Under the pieces are notes generated by a model, which was given only the letters and a program-made list of their open reading frames with translations, was not told the DNA's origin and did no database searches. A stretch of 64,000 bases of DNA from Paraspadella gotoi (taxonomy: Eukaryota > Animalia > Chaetognatha), in contig CM119267.1 in the NCBI GenBank assembly GCA_051294375.1, forward strand, positions 5,631,992 to 5,695,991. The letters are read 5' to 3'. Both the position numbers and the translations under genes were made by a program. Of the stretch, positions 61,978 through 64,000 are shown piece after piece. Within the stretch, counting starts at the first letter, position 1. Every line of letters begins with the position of its first letter.

Positions 61978-64000
61978 TCAATACAGCATAGCGTACAACG
62001 CGTCAGATATAACCACATTGGAGAGACACACTTCCGAAATAATCTCGCACCAGAATCGGGGCTTCAACAAACATTCAACAATCAAATCCAAATTCTCGCT
62101 GAACGTACAAAAGGTGAACGCAAAATACCGATGAAAATACCGTAAAAGTTCACCGTGTACAAAGCGTAGACGTACCACAGCCAAGAATTTTGTCCCGTCC
62201 CTTTCCTGTGAGAAAGAGGCCGCCGAGGGCGATGACAATGGCACGGCCCAAAAGGTGAATATGAGAATTTGCGTCACTTGATCCTTTTGAAATTGATGGA
62301 TGACGGACATGGATAGAACGTTGATGGGGATGGTCGCCAGACTCGACCAGAGGATACTTGGCGCAGGATGGAGACTCTCAACAACCTGGAGGCGTTTTCA
62401 TCTCGAAGGTCGGAGTCGACGCGGATGCAACGAGGATTCAGCAACAAAGTTGCTTCGTCTATTTCCCCGTGACAATCGGCGCCATTCTCGTTGACCGAGC
62501 GGCGATTGTCCGCGCCGACGGGGATAGGCTGCTGCTGCAGTTCGGGATGCAGCAGCATCAATGTCGAAGCCCGGATCAGCGCGGGAGAGATAGTGAGCAG
62601 GACCGGAAGCAGTTGCAGCGTAAAGAGTCCGGCGAGGAAGAGACCAATGAGGAACTCGGCAACGTCTTCAACGGCTTTGTTGAAGTGATCGCCGCAATGA
62701 GGACAGATGTCCTTGATGTTACTGGCGCCGAGATAATCCGGCGCCGCCAGAATGAGGATAGAAACGAAGGTAAGTGCGCCACCGAGGAAGCCCAGTGCTC
62801 GACTGACCCACAACAGGTGATGAGCCGCCGCCGCGCGGAAGCACCCGGCCCCATCGACGAGAAAGGCCACCCAAAATAAGACACAAGAGGCGACCAGCGT
62901 ATAGCATTGTGCCCGCTCGGCTGAGTTGAAGTTCTCAAAGGCTCCCGAGAAGATGGTGGCATTGCTGGGCCAGGAAAGGTCCATTCCTGCTTCGTGAAAA
63001 ATTAGTGCGATCTGAGCTTTGGCCGAAAAGTTTATGCGTCTCTTCGAGCTAGATCCGCGACCACTTTGGTGTAACAGAAGACGCCGATCGCGAGGAACAA
63101 TCTCCGATAGGAGACCCTCCAACCGTTTTTCTTAGGGTCTGGGTATTCTTTCCATTCCATCAAGAACAACAGCAGTCGATGGAGCAAGAGCACGTTTATT
63201 CTCAACCATTCTTTCCAGTTGGTCGAGATTTTGTAGCATTTGTAGCATTTGTAGCATTCGGCTTGGCAGAATATCTCAATCCTATTGTTGGGCAAGGAAT
63301 TGTCTGTGGTTGATTCTGCCTCAGAATTGATGCTCACAATATTCAATATTGTAAAGGAAAGGTGAAGGCTCCAGAAAAATGAGGCAAGGAAGGCCTTCTT
63401 GTTGAAAGAGGAAAAATCCATGAAATTCATTGTACCTTCTTTGCCCAAAATATAATCGCAAAGTGGGATATAGACCAAAAAAAATGATATTATCTGTATA
63501 AGTATGATCCAACCTTTTCCGATTTTCATTCGTTTTATAAGAGTGTTAAATAAATGATGAACCACGATCCAGCTCCAAAGAAACACGTTTGAACCCATGA
63601 AAACTATATCTTTGCCCGTGGCTTGACTCCATATAACCACAGAATGCAGACAAATAAATGGCTGAAATAGGGATGTTATTATGATTAAATTCTTTATCAC
63701 TTCGAATTTGCTTTCTTGCGAAGCTTTTTGATAATGTGATTTTATGTTGAATAAAATTAAACCTGTATACAGCCCTCCACCAAAGCCTTGGAACATTACA
63801 AGAAAAACATAGGACAATACTGAAAGAGTTAAACCACTAAAAGCAGTTTGGACAACATAATTACCATATTTGTAAGCTTTTGGATTTTCAGTTACAAAAC
63901 TGACATTACCTTCTTTTAATGATATTAAATATGAAATGTTACTAAACATAGTTGGCTTCAATATAATAACCAAGTATAACGCCATGGCAAGCATATTTAT
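61978..64000 (-). CDS. Intronless uncharacterised multi-pass membrane protein (>670 aa, probably 5'-truncated by the window, about 5 single-base frameshifts)
   Basis: ORFs 63994-63032, 63122-62274 and 62310-61978 overlap and join through frameshifts at ~63045 and ~62356, plus about three more within 62240-62120. These restore hydrophobic helices IVIALGGLFLTG and SWLWYVYALYTVNFYGIFIGIL. There are many TM-like segments and no microsatellites, and the frame stays open to the window edge. Confidence 0.8.

Overview
Eukaryotic (invertebrate animal-like), microsatellite-rich DNA from a draft assembly with uncorrected long-read indels; there are no prokaryotic features. About 24 kb of the first 30 kb is duplicated. 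Two noisy segments (1205-18129 and ~22810-29892), each ending in a 25-N gap, are flipped copies of neighbouring sequence. The probable true order is 1-1204, revcomp(~28070-28559), 18155-22810, revcomp(~12380-12610), 29918-64000. Four genes could be rebuilt by hand. (1) A minus-strand spliced gene, only partly visible in the ORF track, encoding a Cys-rich pro-region, an RKFR site and a C-terminal 7-Cys cystine-knot-like domain (TGF-beta/GDNF- or Trunk/PTTH-like); this is the best novelty candidate. (2) Head-to-head with it, a complete 11-exon, 446-aa secreted astacin metalloprotease with an EGF-like segment and two ShKT domains. (3) A long-chain acyl-CoA synthetase with internal deletions present in both copies, probably a pseudogene. 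(4) An intronless, internally duplicated multi-pass membrane protein gene running off the right edge. A weaker multi-exon candidate lies at ~44.3-46.8 kb. The rest is microsatellites, minisatellites and non-autonomous repeats.
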